Sequence record: AY587007.1
Length of the DNA stretch: 64,000 bases
DNA from: Escherichia phage T5
Reading direction: 5' to 3' (one strand)
Part shown: positions 9,673-19,851 of the stretch, in pieces
How positions within the stretch are numbered: position 1 is the stretch's first letter
Layout: the number at the start of each line of letters is the position of its first letter
Notes under the pieces: generated by a model
What the model was told of the DNA's origin: nothing
What the model saw: only the letters and a program-made list of their open reading frames with translations
Database searches by the model: none
Position numbers and translations under genes: made by a program

Positions 9673-10409
9673 GTGCAAATCCGACATTTGCCCCCATGGA
9701 TTACGCGTGGGCGTGTATGTGCAAATCCGACAATTTTTGGTAGTGTGCGAATCCGACCCGAAAAATTTTTATAGTGTGCAAATCCGACAATGAATTTTCC
9801 CAAAAACTCCAGCAATCACGAACTGCGTTCGAATCCTGTGGAATTAGCTAGAGTATGTGCAAATCCGACATGTGTTGAGATGTGCGAATCCGACAAGATT
9901 TTTGTGACTTCGATGGGAGGGTGTGTGATTGTATGGGTTTGAGGGGAAGATGAGAGAGCGAGAGAAATTTGGGAGGCTAGAAGGATATGGGCGCAGGATT
10001 GGTGCGGAGCACCTGATTTGCGGGGATTTTGGGGAAGAGTTGAGATAATTTGGGAAGATTTGAGATAGGTGCAGAAAAAGTAAAATTTTATTAGCTAAAG
10101 GGGGCAAAATAGCTTGACAAGTGAAAATTTCTGTGGATCTAAAAACTCAGGCAATCATGGGCCTTCGGCCCGAAATAATGCTGCTATTTTCAGGAGAGTA
10201 AGAGTTCCTAAAAACTTAGGCGTTTGTGCAAATCCGACCATAAATTTCTAGAAACACAATGTGCAAATCCGACAGTAATTTCTGGAAATGTGTTTTCAAA
10301 AAATGTCTTCTAGAAATAACCGCCCTCCCTATAACCGCCCTGTATTAAACCGCCTATTGCTGGAGTTTCTAGGAACATGAAAACTGCCCTAGAGTATGTG
10401 CAAATCCGA
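9673..10409. repeat. nine dispersed copies of the 15-mer TGTGCAAATCCGACA (variant TGTGCGAATCCGAC)
   Basis: copies start at 9673, 9718, 9744, 9775, 9856, 9881, 10225, 10260 and 10397, all same orientation with irregular spacing; tenth copy inside a CDS at 12073. Confidence 0.7.
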
Positions 10410-10855
10410 TGAATATTTTTGTGTGATCCCTAGAATTTATACTTATCAATTTCCTAGAAACTCAGGAGTCTAGAAGAAAGTGTTGTGCCATCCTAGCAGA
10501 TGAGCGGCAACAGGTGTATCATCTTGAATGTAAATTATATGGTCAAAAGTTTTACTTTTATTTTAAATATAAGATCCCCCAGGGTTCTCATATAGAGCTT
10601 TGCCCCCGCCAGAAGGTCTCGTGATGTTTCTAGTAATTTATATTAAATTACTTATTAACTTGTCCTATCGCTCCGTATCCTCCGCTACAAGTTAGTAATT
10701 TTAAATTACTGAACCACCACACCTTCTGTGTGGCAACTCTAAATGGTTAATTCTATTAACTCATAGAGTTATGATAACATACATTTAGCTATCTGTCAAC
10801 GAAAGTTTGTATTTGAGTCTCGGTACAGGTATTGTGCACCGAGATATGCAGAGTA

Positions 10856-11740
10856 TTATAATAATTCTTGGTATGCTTTTTGATACGCCTCAGTATCTGT
10901 AGGTGTATCTTTTGCTAACGCAATTAGTTCATCTGTTATCTGAACATTCGTACTATAACGTTGGTGGAACTCTTCTGGGATTTCTAGGTATCTATTTATG
11001 AACGCTGCAGCAAGCGGTGTAACTAACCCAATTTCTAGGGATAACTTAACTTGTTTCTCATAAATTAAATACTGAGAATCAGATGGGATTGGTGGGGTTA
11101 CATCAACTTTTTCTGGTTCTTTTTCTGGAAGCAATGGATTGTTATACAATGCTTCATCTGGAAGCACAGATTTACGCTCTTTAAATATATAAGTTTCTAG
11201 ATCCGATGCTTTAGATCCTGAGTAAACAGCGAAGATGCTAGCTTTACCTTGTGATGCCCTAACTGGTAAATAGTTAGTTGGGTAACTCCTTAATGCATCA
11301 TGGAATGGACTTCCTGAGTATTTGTATGTATCCCCATAGAGATCATCAATATTCATTCGTTCATCTTCAAAGATATGGAAAGAGCTAAATGATGGGATGG
11401 TGAAGTATTCCATCTGTAACCCATAAACTAAGAAACGATGTGCATATGCGCTAATCTTTAAGACTGTGAATGCTTTCTCACCTTCTTTATAAGAATTGCC
11501 CTTTGAAGTAACTTGATAACGCTTACAAAACATCTCTACTAAACGTTTCTCATTAATATTGAGTGAGGAATATAAACGTCCATTTAGCCCTAGAAGGGCA
11601 TCAAACATAAATGCTAACTTATCTTTTTCTTCTTGAGACAGTTCTGGAAATGGTAATACTTTGGCATTAGGAACATTATTGTTCTCTTTAGGTTTTGTTT
11701 TACCAGCATTTTGTCTTAGTTTATCTTTAAAGTTATACAT
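10856..11740 (-). CDS. hypothetical early protein
   Basis: 294-aa ORF. Confidence 0.5.
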   Translation of the reverse strand: MYNFKDKLRQNAGKTKPKENNNVPNAKVLPFPELSQEEKDKLAFMFDALLGLNGRLYSSLNINEKRLVEMFCKRYQVTSKGNSYKEGEKAFTVLKISAYAHRFLVYGLQMEYFTIPSFSSFHIFEDERMNIDDLYGDTYKYSGSPFHDALRSYPTNYLPVRASQGKASIFAVYSGSKASDLETYIFKERKSVLPDEALYNNPLLPEKEPEKVDVTPPIPSDSQYLIYEKQVKLSLEIGLVTPLAAAFINRYLEIPEEFHQRYSTNVQITDELIALAKDTPTDTEAYQKAYQELL

Positions 11741-11821
11741 TATTTATCTCTCATTTTTTAAGGTCTGGATGACCTTCTTTTTATTTTAGAGCCTCCGTAG
11801 AGGCTCATGTATTAGGAATTA

Positions 11822-12430
11822 TTAATCCTTTTTATTCTCATTAATAACAGCTCCTAGTGCTTCAAGGATAGTATCATTTATACTCCCAGGCCTAAGATTA
11901 TTAAAGTGAGTAACATAGATGGGACTTTTAAAACCTTCAGTATCCACAGGTGCTACGCTTTTCATGTCAGATTCAAAAGCTTCTTGAGTATGTTTCAATT
12001 GTGCAGAAGGTCCATAATCTTCACCAACTCGATATGAGGAATTATTTTCTATAACGCCACCGCATGGAACATTGTGCAAATCCGACGTTATTTTAGGACT
12101 GTTCCACATTGTAATTGGCCCCGATTGCCACGGATCTCGAATAGTCACAGGAGTACTAGGACGGTTAACCTCAGTCTTCACAAGCTTATAACCAGCATCG
12201 ATTAGTGTATTAATTAGATTATCAGCGGGAATACGAGCCTTGCCAAAAATCTTACGAGCGTTGTTGAGCCTACCTTCAAAATCTTTACATGCTTTAATAT
12301 TAGTGTGTGCAAAGGTTAGCTTCATAGATTTGAACTGTACGGTAGCAGTTAAATCTTTAAAAGCATAATCCCACGTATTCAGTTCATGATCTGGTACTAC
12401 TTGAATAGATTGCTGTGCATATAAAGTCAT
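11822..12430 (-). CDS. hypothetical early protein
   Basis: 202-aa ORF; contains one copy of TGTGCAAATCCGAC at 12073-12086. Confidence 0.5.
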   Translation of the reverse strand: MTLYAQQSIQVVPDHELNTWDYAFKDLTATVQFKSMKLTFAHTNIKACKDFEGRLNNARKIFGKARIPADNLINTLIDAGYKLVKTEVNRPSTPVTIRDPWQSGPITMWNSPKITSDLHNVPCGGVIENNSSYRVGEDYGPSAQLKHTQEAFESDMKSVAPVDTEGFKSPIYVTHFNNLRPGSINDTILEALGAVINENKKD

Positions 12431-12615
12431 TATTTATTCTCCAGTTTGTCTAACATCTTATGAGCTGCTAGGTTATATTGTTTAAGTTCACGATTAAGGA
12501 TTTGGTTCTCACATTTTAGTTCTAGGTTCTCCTTGTTAAGGAGATGGCAGATTAGTAGAAGTGCTAGTATAACTAGCAGAGAACCTACGAGCATTAAAAG
12601 AAAAAGAGTTTCCAT
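12430..12615 (-). CDS. small membrane / coiled-coil protein
   Basis: 61-aa ORF, N-terminal hydrophobic helix. Confidence 0.35.
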   Translation of the reverse strand: METLFLLMLVGSLLVILALLLICHLLNKENLELKCENQILNRELKQYNLAAHKMLDKLENK

Positions 12616-12848
12616 TATTTAATTCCCATGTAACGTTTGAGATACGTGATGAAGTCTTCTGTTGTATGTTCTACGCTACCCTGAACCACAAACAACTTTA
12701 AAGCCTCACGCTGTAATTTAAGAGCAGCTAACTCACCACGTAATTTTATTATATCTTCCGCTAGTTCTCTAGCTCTGCGCATAATAGCAAATGATACAAA
12801 TGTTACAATAAATAACATAACTGCTAAAATAATTACTATGATCTCCAT
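12615..12848 (-). CDS. small membrane protein
   Basis: 77-aa ORF, N-terminal transmembrane segment. Confidence 0.35.
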   Translation of the reverse strand: MEIIVIILAVMLFIVTFVSFAIMRRARELAEDIIKLRGELAALKLQREALKLFVVQGSVEHTTEDFITYLKRYMGIK

Positions 12849-13126
12849 ATTAACATCCAGCTCTTATCGTATATTTGGGCATGTTCTACTAATTCATTTA
12901 TCGATGTAGAATTATCGTAGATACCCTCTAGTAAACGTTTTCTGTCAAATTTATCAACCAAATACTCCGCGCCATTTATCACTACCCTATACAGCTCTGG
13001 AACTAAAGGATGTTTGTTTGGTATTGGGCGACTACCTAAGTCTATTTCGTTTTTACCCCACTCTGTTTTAAACAGTCTGTTGCTAAGTGCTGCTAGTGGG
13101 TTTGACCATACAATATAGCTACTCAC
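12836..13126 (-). CDS. hypothetical protein
   Basis: 96-aa ORF. Confidence 0.4.
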   Translation of the reverse strand: MSSYIVWSNPLAALSNRLFKTEWGKNEIDLGSRPIPNKHPLVPELYRVVINGAEYLVDKFDRKRLLEGIYDNSTSINELVEHAQIYDKSWMLIWRS

Positions 13127-13565
13127 TATTTATCTCCATTCTTAGCTTTGAAAACTTATTATACCAAACTATATGATTATCGTCAATTACAAATTTATGG
13201 TAACATGCTGGTACGGTATAAGTTCCATAATCCGTGACACGCTGCACAACCTTGTGTGCGCACAGTCGACATCCATGACCCTCTAAATGAGATCTAGCAG
13301 TTTGCCAGTAATAACCCTCATGGTCTGGACAATAAATCTCTACTTGTTGCTGCATTGTTTTATAGTTTACACGCTCATACCCAAAGAAAGCCCCGTGAGC
13401 TGCAATAGCTTTCTTGATAAATATAAGGTTTAGCGCTTCTTGTTGAAAGTCGGGGTGTAGTTGCTTAATCTTAGTTCTATTAATAGATCCATCCGATTTG
13501 ATGAACCTATTTATTGGAAAGTTGTTAGCTTCCTCGATTAATAGTTCATTTACTTTCTCTCTCAT
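13119..13565 (-). CDS. hypothetical protein
   Basis: start moved to ATG at 13565, which overlaps the upstream stop as TAATATG; 148 aa. Confidence 0.45.
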   Translation of the reverse strand: MREKVNELLIEEANNFPINRFIKSDGSINRTKIKQLHPDFQQEALNLIFIKKAIAAHGAFFGYERVNYKTMQQQVEIYCPDHEGYYWQTARSHLEGHGCRLCAHKVVQRVTDYGTYTVPACYHKFVIDDNHIVWYNKFSKLRMEINSE

Positions 13566-13566
13566 A

Positions 13567-13770
13567 TTAGATACTCTCACAGTTAAGGTAGAAACATTCG
13601 TAAACATCTCCAGTAAACTCTTTATCTTGTAGTAAACACTTAGCTTGGTCTTCCGGTACTCCAGCATCTAATAATTGTTGTTTACTTGGCTTTTCAGCGA
13701 ATACTTTTACAAAATACTCACCATCCTGATTATACTCATTTATATCTCTGGTAAGGACATATACTTGCAT
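13567..13770 (-). CDS. hypothetical protein
   Basis: 67-aa ORF from internal ATG with RBS AAGGA. Confidence 0.4.
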   Translation of the reverse strand: MQVYVLTRDINEYNQDGEYFVKVFAEKPSKQQLLDAGVPEDQAKCLLQDKEFTGDVYECFYLNCESI

Positions 13771-13827
13771 TTGAAGTTCCTTGAAAACATAAAAAGGCCA
13801 GAACAATTAAGTCCTGGCCTCCTAAAA

Positions 13828-14199
13828 TTAATGAAGTTGTTTACCACTTCGTAACATAGTGGCCGTTTCCATAAGACCTAGCGTAGTATCACGCTTATTG
13901 ATCTGTTTACCAAGTTCATCGGTACGTTTACCAATGTAAGCGTTAATAGCCATATTCATAGCTGTAGCGAGATCTTCTTTGGTTATCTCTTCATCATCTA
14001 AAGCTAATTTAGCCAAAGAATCAAATGTGCTAGAGAGTCCTATAAGATCTGAGGTTTCTCCAGCCAAAATAGGATTAATATTATCTACTGTTACTTCTAG
14101 CATGGAGTTGACAATATCTTCACCATCTATTAGACCAGTTTCAATATTACTCTCCCACTCCTTCATCTGCTCCAATAATGGATTTTTCTTTTCTGTCAT
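13828..14199 (-). CDS. hypothetical acidic protein
   Basis: start moved to ATG at 14199 with RBS AGGAAA; 123 aa. Confidence 0.45.
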   Translation of the reverse strand: MTEKKNPLLEQMKEWESNIETGLIDGEDIVNSMLEVTVDNINPILAGETSDLIGLSSTFDSLAKLALDDEEITKEDLATAMNMAINAYIGKRTDELGKQINKRDTTLGLMETATMLRSGKQLH

Positions 14200-14608
14200 G
14201 GTAGAGGTTTCCTGTGTCAGTCGGTAAGAAGGATGATTGCGTTTTAGGTGGATGTTGCTTAGCAATCCAGTTAAGAATCAGCACGCGACTAGGAACAATA
14301 TCGGTGTTATACCAAAAATCGTGAACCCATTGACGAGCATCTTCAAACTTACCAAATTTATATGCTTTCTTAAACAATTCAAATCCAAAACAATCTGGTG
14401 TAAAGTCTACTTCGCGATATTGAATTACTTTAGAACCAGTTAGGTCTTGGATCGCTGCATTAATTTCTGTATGCGAGAATTTTGTTTCATGAAACTTATT
14501 AAAGAATCGGTAGTTGAAGCGTCCGTTCGTTTCGACAAATAACTGGATGAAGAGATCGTTAAATTGGTTATCAAACCAGTAATTTTGTAGTTGTTGTAGT
14601 GCTGTCAT
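14147..14608 (-). CDS. hypothetical protein
   Basis: 153-aa ORF; 3' end overlaps the next gene in another frame. Confidence 0.45.
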   Translation of the reverse strand: MTALQQLQNYWFDNQFNDLFIQLFVETNGRFNYRFFNKFHETKFSHTEINAAIQDLTGSKVIQYREVDFTPDCFGFELFKKAYKFGKFEDARQWVHDFWYNTDIVPSRVLILNWIAKQHPPKTQSSFLPTDTGNLYHDRKEKSIIGADEGVGE

Positions 14609-14805
14609 TTACGAACCCCGTTAATTGCCATAATGATGCCTTCGTACATAAAAGGAAGTAACCCAGAAGTATAGAATATATTTTCCGTTATTCCTAGATG
14701 CCGAAAAAGTATATTAAACAATGCTGTTAGAAATACAATCTGAGGCAGTAATACAAAATACTCAGTTACAATCTTTGGTGCCTGATAAACAAGACGTTTT
14801 ACCAT
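14605..14805 (-). CDS. small membrane protein
   Basis: 66-aa hydrophobic ORF. Confidence 0.35.
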   Translation of the reverse strand: MVKRLVYQAPKIVTEYFVLLPQIVFLTALFNILFRHLGITENIFYTSGLLPFMYEGIIMAINGVRK

Positions 14806-14904
14806 TGTTTTTAAGTCTCCTTATTACTTTGGCCTGCTCCACAATAATGAAAACTGCGAGTACTAATAGTGCTATTAGTCCCGCAGTAATTGGTACTAGA
14901 TCAA

Positions 14905-15282
14905 TCATGGGAGACGCCATACGTAATTAGCTGTCTGTAGGACTTCGGAAACATCATCATGTTGCATCACTACAGACGTTGGAGAGTAACTATTCGCCAG
15001 TTCTGTACGAACCATCTCACGTTCTTCTCCAGTTTCAATATTTTTAACAACCACCTTCATTTTGAGAGGTGTCAGTTCAGAGAGCGGTTTCCAAGAGTCC
15101 TCAATTGCAATTCCTACCTTTTTCTCGATTACCATGAGAACTTCTAGTGTGTCATCTGGAATACTAATATTATTATTTACAAACTGTAACAGCTCATGCA
15201 AAGTATTTAATTCGTTAAAATTAAGTTTCATCTTTAAGAATATCCTCAACCATATCACAGGACTGTTGTAATTCGTCAGCAA
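14905..15282 (-). CDS. hypothetical protein
   Basis: 125-aa ORF. Confidence 0.45.
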   Translation of the reverse strand: MLTNYNSPVIWLRIFLKMKLNFNELNTLHELLQFVNNNISIPDDTLEVLMVIEKKVGIAIEDSWKPLSELTPLKMKVVVKNIETGEEREMVRTELANSYSPTSVVMQHDDVSEVLQTANYVWRLP

Positions 15283-15466
15283 TGCGCTTAATATCGGTCT
15301 TCGTCACTTTACCGATTAACATCACCAGTAACATAGAAAGTATAATAAGTGGGACTGGAATAACAAATAATGCTACCTTAGCTATATTCTTTGGTGTCCA
15401 TGTGTGATACTTAGTAACTAGAACTCCTACCACGATTAGGTAAAATGCTAGAATAAACATCATCAT
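15221..15466 (-). CDS. small membrane protein
   Basis: 81-aa ORF with two transmembrane segments. Confidence 0.4.
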   Translation of the reverse strand: MMMFILAFYLIVVGVLVTKYHTWTPKNIAKVALFVIPVPLIILSMLLVMLIGKVTKTDIKRIADELQQSCDMVEDILKDET

Positions 15467-15744
15467 TTTTTAATCTCCGTGATTATCTGTGTACGCATTA
15501 CTTTAGCAGGTAATTTACTATTCCCAACTATTGCTTCTATATTATTTAATTTTTCCTTAAGAATATCCGAGCGTCTTTGTGCTAATTCAATATCTTGCTC
15601 TTGCTCTAGTAACCGGTGATGTAGCCCATCATTAGTAATGAGCATACTTTCCATGTTTTTTCGTGCGTTTACCATCCCAATAACTCCACCCATCGCTACT
15701 AGCGTAGTAAGAATTAGTAATCCAATAAGAATTTCAACCAACAT
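15463..15744 (-). CDS. small membrane / coiled-coil protein
   Basis: 93-aa ORF. Confidence 0.4.
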   Translation of the reverse strand: MLVEILIGLLILTTLVAMGGVIGMVNARKNMESMLITNDGLHHRLLEQEQDIELAQRRSDILKEKLNNIEAIVGNSKLPAKVMRTQIITEIKK

Positions 15745-15907
15745 TAAATATCCTTACATTTTTCATTGTTTGGAACTAGTTTACACATCTCCACATTTAA
15801 CTCGTGGATAGAATTGTCTAGTTCTGCTAAACGTGTGTGAAGAGAAACTATACTATATATTAATACCCCTAAAAGGAATGATAGCATAAAAATGGATATT
15901 CTTTCCA

Positions 15908-16177
15908 TTATTTCTTACCTTTCAGTTGCTTAACTTCACGCTCAAAAGATGCTGCACGACGTTCGGCAGTCGCTTGATGCTCTTTAGCAAAACGTGCTTC
16001 TTGTTTCGCTAAGTTAAAGGCCATAGCGTTCTTGTTTAGAGAATCATACATCTTTTTCATTGCCGGAATAGACATCTTCATGAGCTGGCCCTCAAAACCC
16101 TGCATGTCGAGGAGAATTGCCAGAACGTTAGCCATTTCATTTTTAGTCATGTTTTCCATTAGAATTTCCTCTCTCAT
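15908..16177 (-). CDS. hypothetical protein
   Basis: 89-aa ORF directly downstream of promoter 16192-16220. Confidence 0.5.
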   Translation of the reverse strand: MREEILMENMTKNEMANVLAILLDMQGFEGQLMKMSIPAMKKMYDSLNKNAMAFNLAKQEARFAKEHQATAERRAASFEREVKQLKGKK

Positions 16178-16191
16178 TAATTTATGAACTT

Positions 16192-16220
16192 ATTATACAG
16201 AATTTTAAGGCTTAAAGCAA
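16192..16220 (-). promoter_or_regulatory. T5-type early promoter, -35 TTGCTT, 17 bp, -10 TATAAT
   Basis: hexamers read on the minus strand; conserved leader ATTTATAAATTAATGAGAG follows. Confidence 0.6.
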
Positions 16221-16237
16221 CTGAATTTTTTAATTAC

Positions 16238-16669
16238 TTACCAATCGTTAACAACACCAGAGAACTCAGAAGCAAAAACTTTCTCAAATTTTTCTGCAAT
16301 TTCAGGATGATCTTTACAGATTAACTCAATACATGCTTCTGGAGTCATTCCTTCGTCTTCAGGATCACCGTAATATTTGTCCCAAAGATCATCAGGGATG
16401 ATGTGCTCTGCCAAATCTTGGAAAGAAATTAACTGATAACGTTCTGCCTCCTCGGGGATAAGGATTTCACAAAGATCTTTATCTATATCACTACGGTAAT
16501 CAGCAATTAGCAAGGCATTGCAAGCATGGCACTCCCAGACCATCAAGCGTTCAGAAATAGGATTAGACTTATCCTGAACGTAGGACTGAAACAGGGTTCG
16601 GAAAGTAGCTTTAACTTGTTCAAACTTATCTGCTGCTGCGAAAACTAGAGCTTTATCAACTTTGTTCAT
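16238..16669 (-). CDS. hypothetical acidic protein
   Basis: 143-aa ORF. Confidence 0.5.
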   Translation of the reverse strand: MNKVDKALVFAAADKFEQVKATFRTLFQSYVQDKSNPISERLMVWECHACNALLIADYRSDIDKDLCEILIPEEAERYQLISFQDLAEHIIPDDLWDKYYGDPEDEGMTPEACIELICKDHPEIAEKFEKVFASEFSGVVNDW

Positions 16670-16699
16670 TTTGTTTCCTTCTCATCAATTTATAAAGTA

Positions 16700-16728
16700 A
16701 TTATACAGAAACTTAAGCATTTTAGCAA
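16700..16728 (-). promoter_or_regulatory. T5-type early promoter, -35 TTGCTA, 17 bp, -10 TATAAT
   Basis: hexamers on minus strand. Confidence 0.6.
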
Positions 16729-16836
16729 ATAAAACTTTTAATTAAAATACCTAGTCCTGTACCAATAGCAATACAAATGATTATAAGTATTGCTACTGCT
16801 TGTATGACTCGTTTAATAATAGCCTCAGCTATATAC

Positions 16837-17358
16837 TTAGACATTTAACATCCAGCTAGTTTTATCATGAGAAGTATACTTACCACTCATAATGTCTTCC
16901 AGTCGTACTGGTGATTTTGCATACTCTACACAAACGTTAATATAGCGAGAGTCTCCCATTAACTCAAAATGAGTATGCCCGTGTAAGTTCTTCTTGCCCC
17001 TTAACTCTTCTGGATGTACTGGAGCATGGGAAAGCCAAAAGTTTTTATACTTAACTAGGGATTGTACATTATCTACTACTCCTACTAAGTCTTTGAAAGA
17101 TAACCTTTCTCGTTCTAAGTCGTGGTTCCCCAAAACTAACGTAGTTCTAACATTACTAAAGAGTTTTTCGAATTTCTCCAAACCATCCCTAGATACAAAT
17201 GCATCCCCTAAAATATAGAATACTGTACGCTTATCTTTCATGGATATAATAGTATCCATAATAAATTCATCATGCTCTTCCATAGTAGAGAAGATTGGCC
17301 TGAATTTAGTAATATTTGCATGCCCTAAGTGGAGATCGCTCCAAAAGCAGACTTTCAT
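16837..17358 (-). CDS. metallophosphoesterase (calcineurin-like)
   Basis: 173 aa with SDLHLGH, GDAF and GNHD motifs. Confidence 0.55.
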   Translation of the reverse strand: MKVCFWSDLHLGHANITKFRPIFSTMEEHDEFIMDTIISMKDKRTVFYILGDAFVSRDGLEKFEKLFSNVRTTLVLGNHDLERERLSFKDLVGVVDNVQSLVKYKNFWLSHAPVHPEELRGKKNLHGHTHFELMGDSRYINVCVEYAKSPVRLEDIMSGKYTSHDKTSWMLNV

Positions 17359-18233
17359 TAAAGAATCCTCTGTATGCCACAGCTATCTTCTCGAAGCGTG
17401 GTAAATGTTGTGATTTTAACAGTTTCATCATTAACTTGCGCAACCGTCAACTGCCCGTTGAAAACACCGCCAGTATCTAGGTAAACACGATTCTGGTATA
17501 AAATAGGGTAAGGTACTCCGGTTTGTCCATGAAATACAAAGTTTACTCCATTAACTGGAGGTACTTCTACCATGTATTTTTCTTTAAACTCAGAATAACG
17601 CTGGAAATCCGGGTGTTCCTCACCATTTTTAGACAAATGGAGGCCTATTTCTTGGATTACATCTCGATCCCATAAGTATGGTTCCACATGGTACCCAGGA
17701 TGGTCATGTGGGTCTTCCTTAGCTGCTTCTACTTGTGCAATAAGGTTATCCCATACTGGGGTTTCTACTTCGTTACCACATTCTTTGTACGTAAAAGGTA
17801 CACCACCATGAACAACACCATACTTCTTGCCACGATGTTTAACAGTTAGGAATACTGGAAGTTTTTCAGCCATGTCTTCGGCAATATTTTTAATGGTATC
17901 TGCATCTAGTTCATTCATAGCCCATATACCACCGTTATACATCCAGTTAGCCCAATCTCCTACAATCATAAACTGGTCATGATTTCCACGAACGCTACAG
18001 AAACGTGGATTATATAAGAATTTAGCTAGAACTTGTAGATTCTGCGTGCCTCGGTCAATTAAATCCCCTACACATACAACGCAATCTTTCTTACCGTTAT
18101 AGCCAGCTAATTGTAGAGCATCTTCTAGCAAATCGTTGCACCCATGAATATCTCCAACAAAGAATAAGTTAACATCATCAGGTACTACTAGTGTTTTATG
18201 TACATTAAATTCTTTTTTCATAATTATTCCCAA
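17358..18233 (-). CDS. Ser/Thr protein phosphatase (PPP family)
   Basis: 291 aa with GDIHG, GDLIDRG and RGNHD signature motifs. Confidence 0.65.
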   Translation of the reverse strand: MGIIMKKEFNVHKTLVVPDDVNLFFVGDIHGCNDLLEDALQLAGYNGKKDCVVCVGDLIDRGTQNLQVLAKFLYNPRFCSVRGNHDQFMIVGDWANWMYNGGIWAMNELDADTIKNIAEDMAEKLPVFLTVKHRGKKYGVVHGGVPFTYKECGNEVETPVWDNLIAQVEAAKEDPHDHPGYHVEPYLWDRDVIQEIGLHLSKNGEEHPDFQRYSEFKEKYMVEVPPVNGVNFVFHGQTGVPYPILYQNRVYLDTGGVFNGQLTVAQVNDETVKITTFTTLREDSCGIQRIL

Positions 18234-18469
18234 ATAACATTTAAAATAGTTGTACCATAATTATTTGATAGTTTTAGAGTATAACCCTCTTTATTGAGGG
18301 CTTTTATAGCTTCATAACTAATTTCGTCACGATTAAGCTGTACAAAAGAACCTCCAATCTCTACAGAAGATACTATCCTCCGCTTAACCCATCTATACGT
18401 TTTCTTTCTGCTCTTGAGAAGAGCAGCTCTATTAACTCTAGATAAACGTTTTGCTTGCTCTGCTAACAT
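18224..18469 (-). CDS. hypothetical protein
   Basis: 81-aa ORF. Confidence 0.4.
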   Translation of the reverse strand: MLAEQAKRLSRVNRAALLKSRKKTYRWVKRRIVSSVEIGGSFVQLNRDEISYEAIKALNKEGYTLKLSNNYGTTILNVIWE

Positions 18470-18496
18470 TTAATCCTCCTATCAATCTATACAAAT

Positions 18497-18525
18497 ATTA
18501 TACCAAAATTTTTAGCTGAAAGCAA
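18497..18525 (-). promoter_or_regulatory. T5-type early promoter, -35 TTGCTT, 17 bp, -10 TATAAT
   Basis: hexamers on minus strand. Confidence 0.55.
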
Positions 18526-18566
18526 GTAAAATAAAAGCCTGATCCGCTAAGATCAGGCTTGGTTTA

Positions 18567-18857
18567 TTAATCCTCTGGATTATCATCCAGGAAATTTTTA
18601 ATGGCTTCGTGCATAGTTTCTTTACGAAGCTGACGTCCAATCAAAATATGATTAGCTTCTACTCGACCATTAGGTAATCGATCTGCCAGAACTACTACAG
18701 GAACTTGGCGTACACCAAATTTCTGCATTAATTCTGTATTATCAGTCTCTTTATGGATTTCCAAATTATAGTCATTGACTACTTTATCCAATACTGGGTC
18801 CAACCTTTTGCAAGGATTGCAAGTGGAACCTTTTAATAGGTATACTAATTTACTCAT
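18567..18857 (-). CDS. thioredoxin-fold protein (CxxC)
   Basis: 96 aa with CNPC active-site-like motif near the N-terminus. Confidence 0.4.
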   Translation of the reverse strand: MSKLVYLLKGSTCNPCKRLDPVLDKVVNDYNLEIHKETDNTELMQKFGVRQVPVVVLADRLPNGRVEANHILIGRQLRKETMHEAIKNFLDDNPED

Positions 18858-19281
18858 AGTTATTAATGGCCTCTAAAAAGTTTTTCATAGTTTTTACGGT
18901 TGCGGTGCTCAGATCAAGATTTACACCCAAACACTCGGTTAATGCTTCCTGATAAGGAGCCTTTAATCTGCCTTCTGGGACTTCTACCTTCTTATATTCT
19001 TTATTTTTGACCTTTTTAATCATAGTCTCTAGTACAAGAAGCGGTAATTTAGCACCTTCAATATCAGTACCCAAAAGTTCAGTTAAAATTTTATTAAGAT
19101 CAAGACGAGTTAACTTTTTGCCCTTAGACATAGATGCACCTACCTTTGTATCAATAGATTTTTCCGCTTTCTTTTCGAGCTTTTTGTACTCAGGAGAGTC
19201 ATGATCACGGAGTGCAATGTTTAGCTCGTAATGTGGTATACGAAAATGTTCCGCCATTTGAGTGTAGAAACGATCAGACAT
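18850..19281 (-). CDS. hypothetical protein
   Basis: 143-aa ORF. Confidence 0.45.
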   Translation of the reverse strand: MSDRFYTQMAEHFRIPHYELNIALRDHDSPEYKKLEKKAEKSIDTKVGASMSKGKKLTRLDLNKILTELLGTDIEGAKLPLLVLETMIKKVKNKEYKKVEVPEGRLKAPYQEALTECLGVNLDLSTATVKTMKNFLEAINNYE

Positions 19282-19314
19282 AATATATACCTCTCTTAAC
19301 TAATTTATGTATAT

Positions 19315-19343
19315 ATTATATAATAACTAGGGCTAAAAGTCAA
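19315..19343 (-). promoter_or_regulatory. T5-type early promoter, -35 TTGACT, 17 bp, -10 TATAAT
   Basis: hexamers on minus strand. Confidence 0.55.
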
Positions 19344-19356
19344 CTACTTTTTTATC

Positions 19357-19773
19357 TTAATCTACTACATGTATAAATCTTTTCCTAACTAGATACATAG
19401 TTATTGGATAAATTGAGTACATAAGTATCGGGGAGAAAAGGGTGAAATACGCTGTAACTCCCCCAGCTAACATCAAAGGTATTAATGCTAGAGTAAGGGC
19501 CATAAGAACCATACCGAATGAAACAGCCAAAGCTATGGATATAGGATTCTCTAGTTCCATCCATAACCAACAATATTTCGTATCTCTATGGCAATTGCAT
19601 TTACAAACACCGAATGAACCCATAATTATATACTCTAGTACGTGAATAACCTTTATTAATAAGCTATTTCTAGTAGTTAATGCAAGGATAGTAAAGACTA
19701 TCATTAAAACGAATACCACTAGACTTATTTTCCAGATACCTAGCAGCATCATAGTGAATAGTTCTGCAAACAT
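19357..19773 (-). CDS. integral membrane protein
   Basis: 138 aa with multiple hydrophobic helices. Confidence 0.4.
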   Translation of the reverse strand: MFAELFTMMLLGIWKISLVVFVLMIVFTILALTTRNSLLIKVIHVLEYIIMGSFGVCKCNCHRDTKYCWLWMELENPISIALAVSFGMVLMALTLALIPLMLAGGVTAYFTLFSPILMYSIYPITMYLVRKRFIHVVD

Positions 19774-19851
19774 GGCTTTCTCCTATCTTCAAAAAATTAT
19801 TAAAGCCCCCTTTGCCTAAAAAGGCGGGAGTACTCCCGCCTAAGTTATTAA

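Noticed and set aside
9673-10409. Possible CRISPR array because of the repeated 15-mer
   Set aside because: Spacing between copies is irregular (20-330 bp), the repeats are short, and there is no leader or cas gene nearby.
11741-11821. Terminator at hairpin GAGCCTC/GAGGCTC
   Set aside because: On both strands the hairpin is followed by A-rich rather than U-rich sequence.
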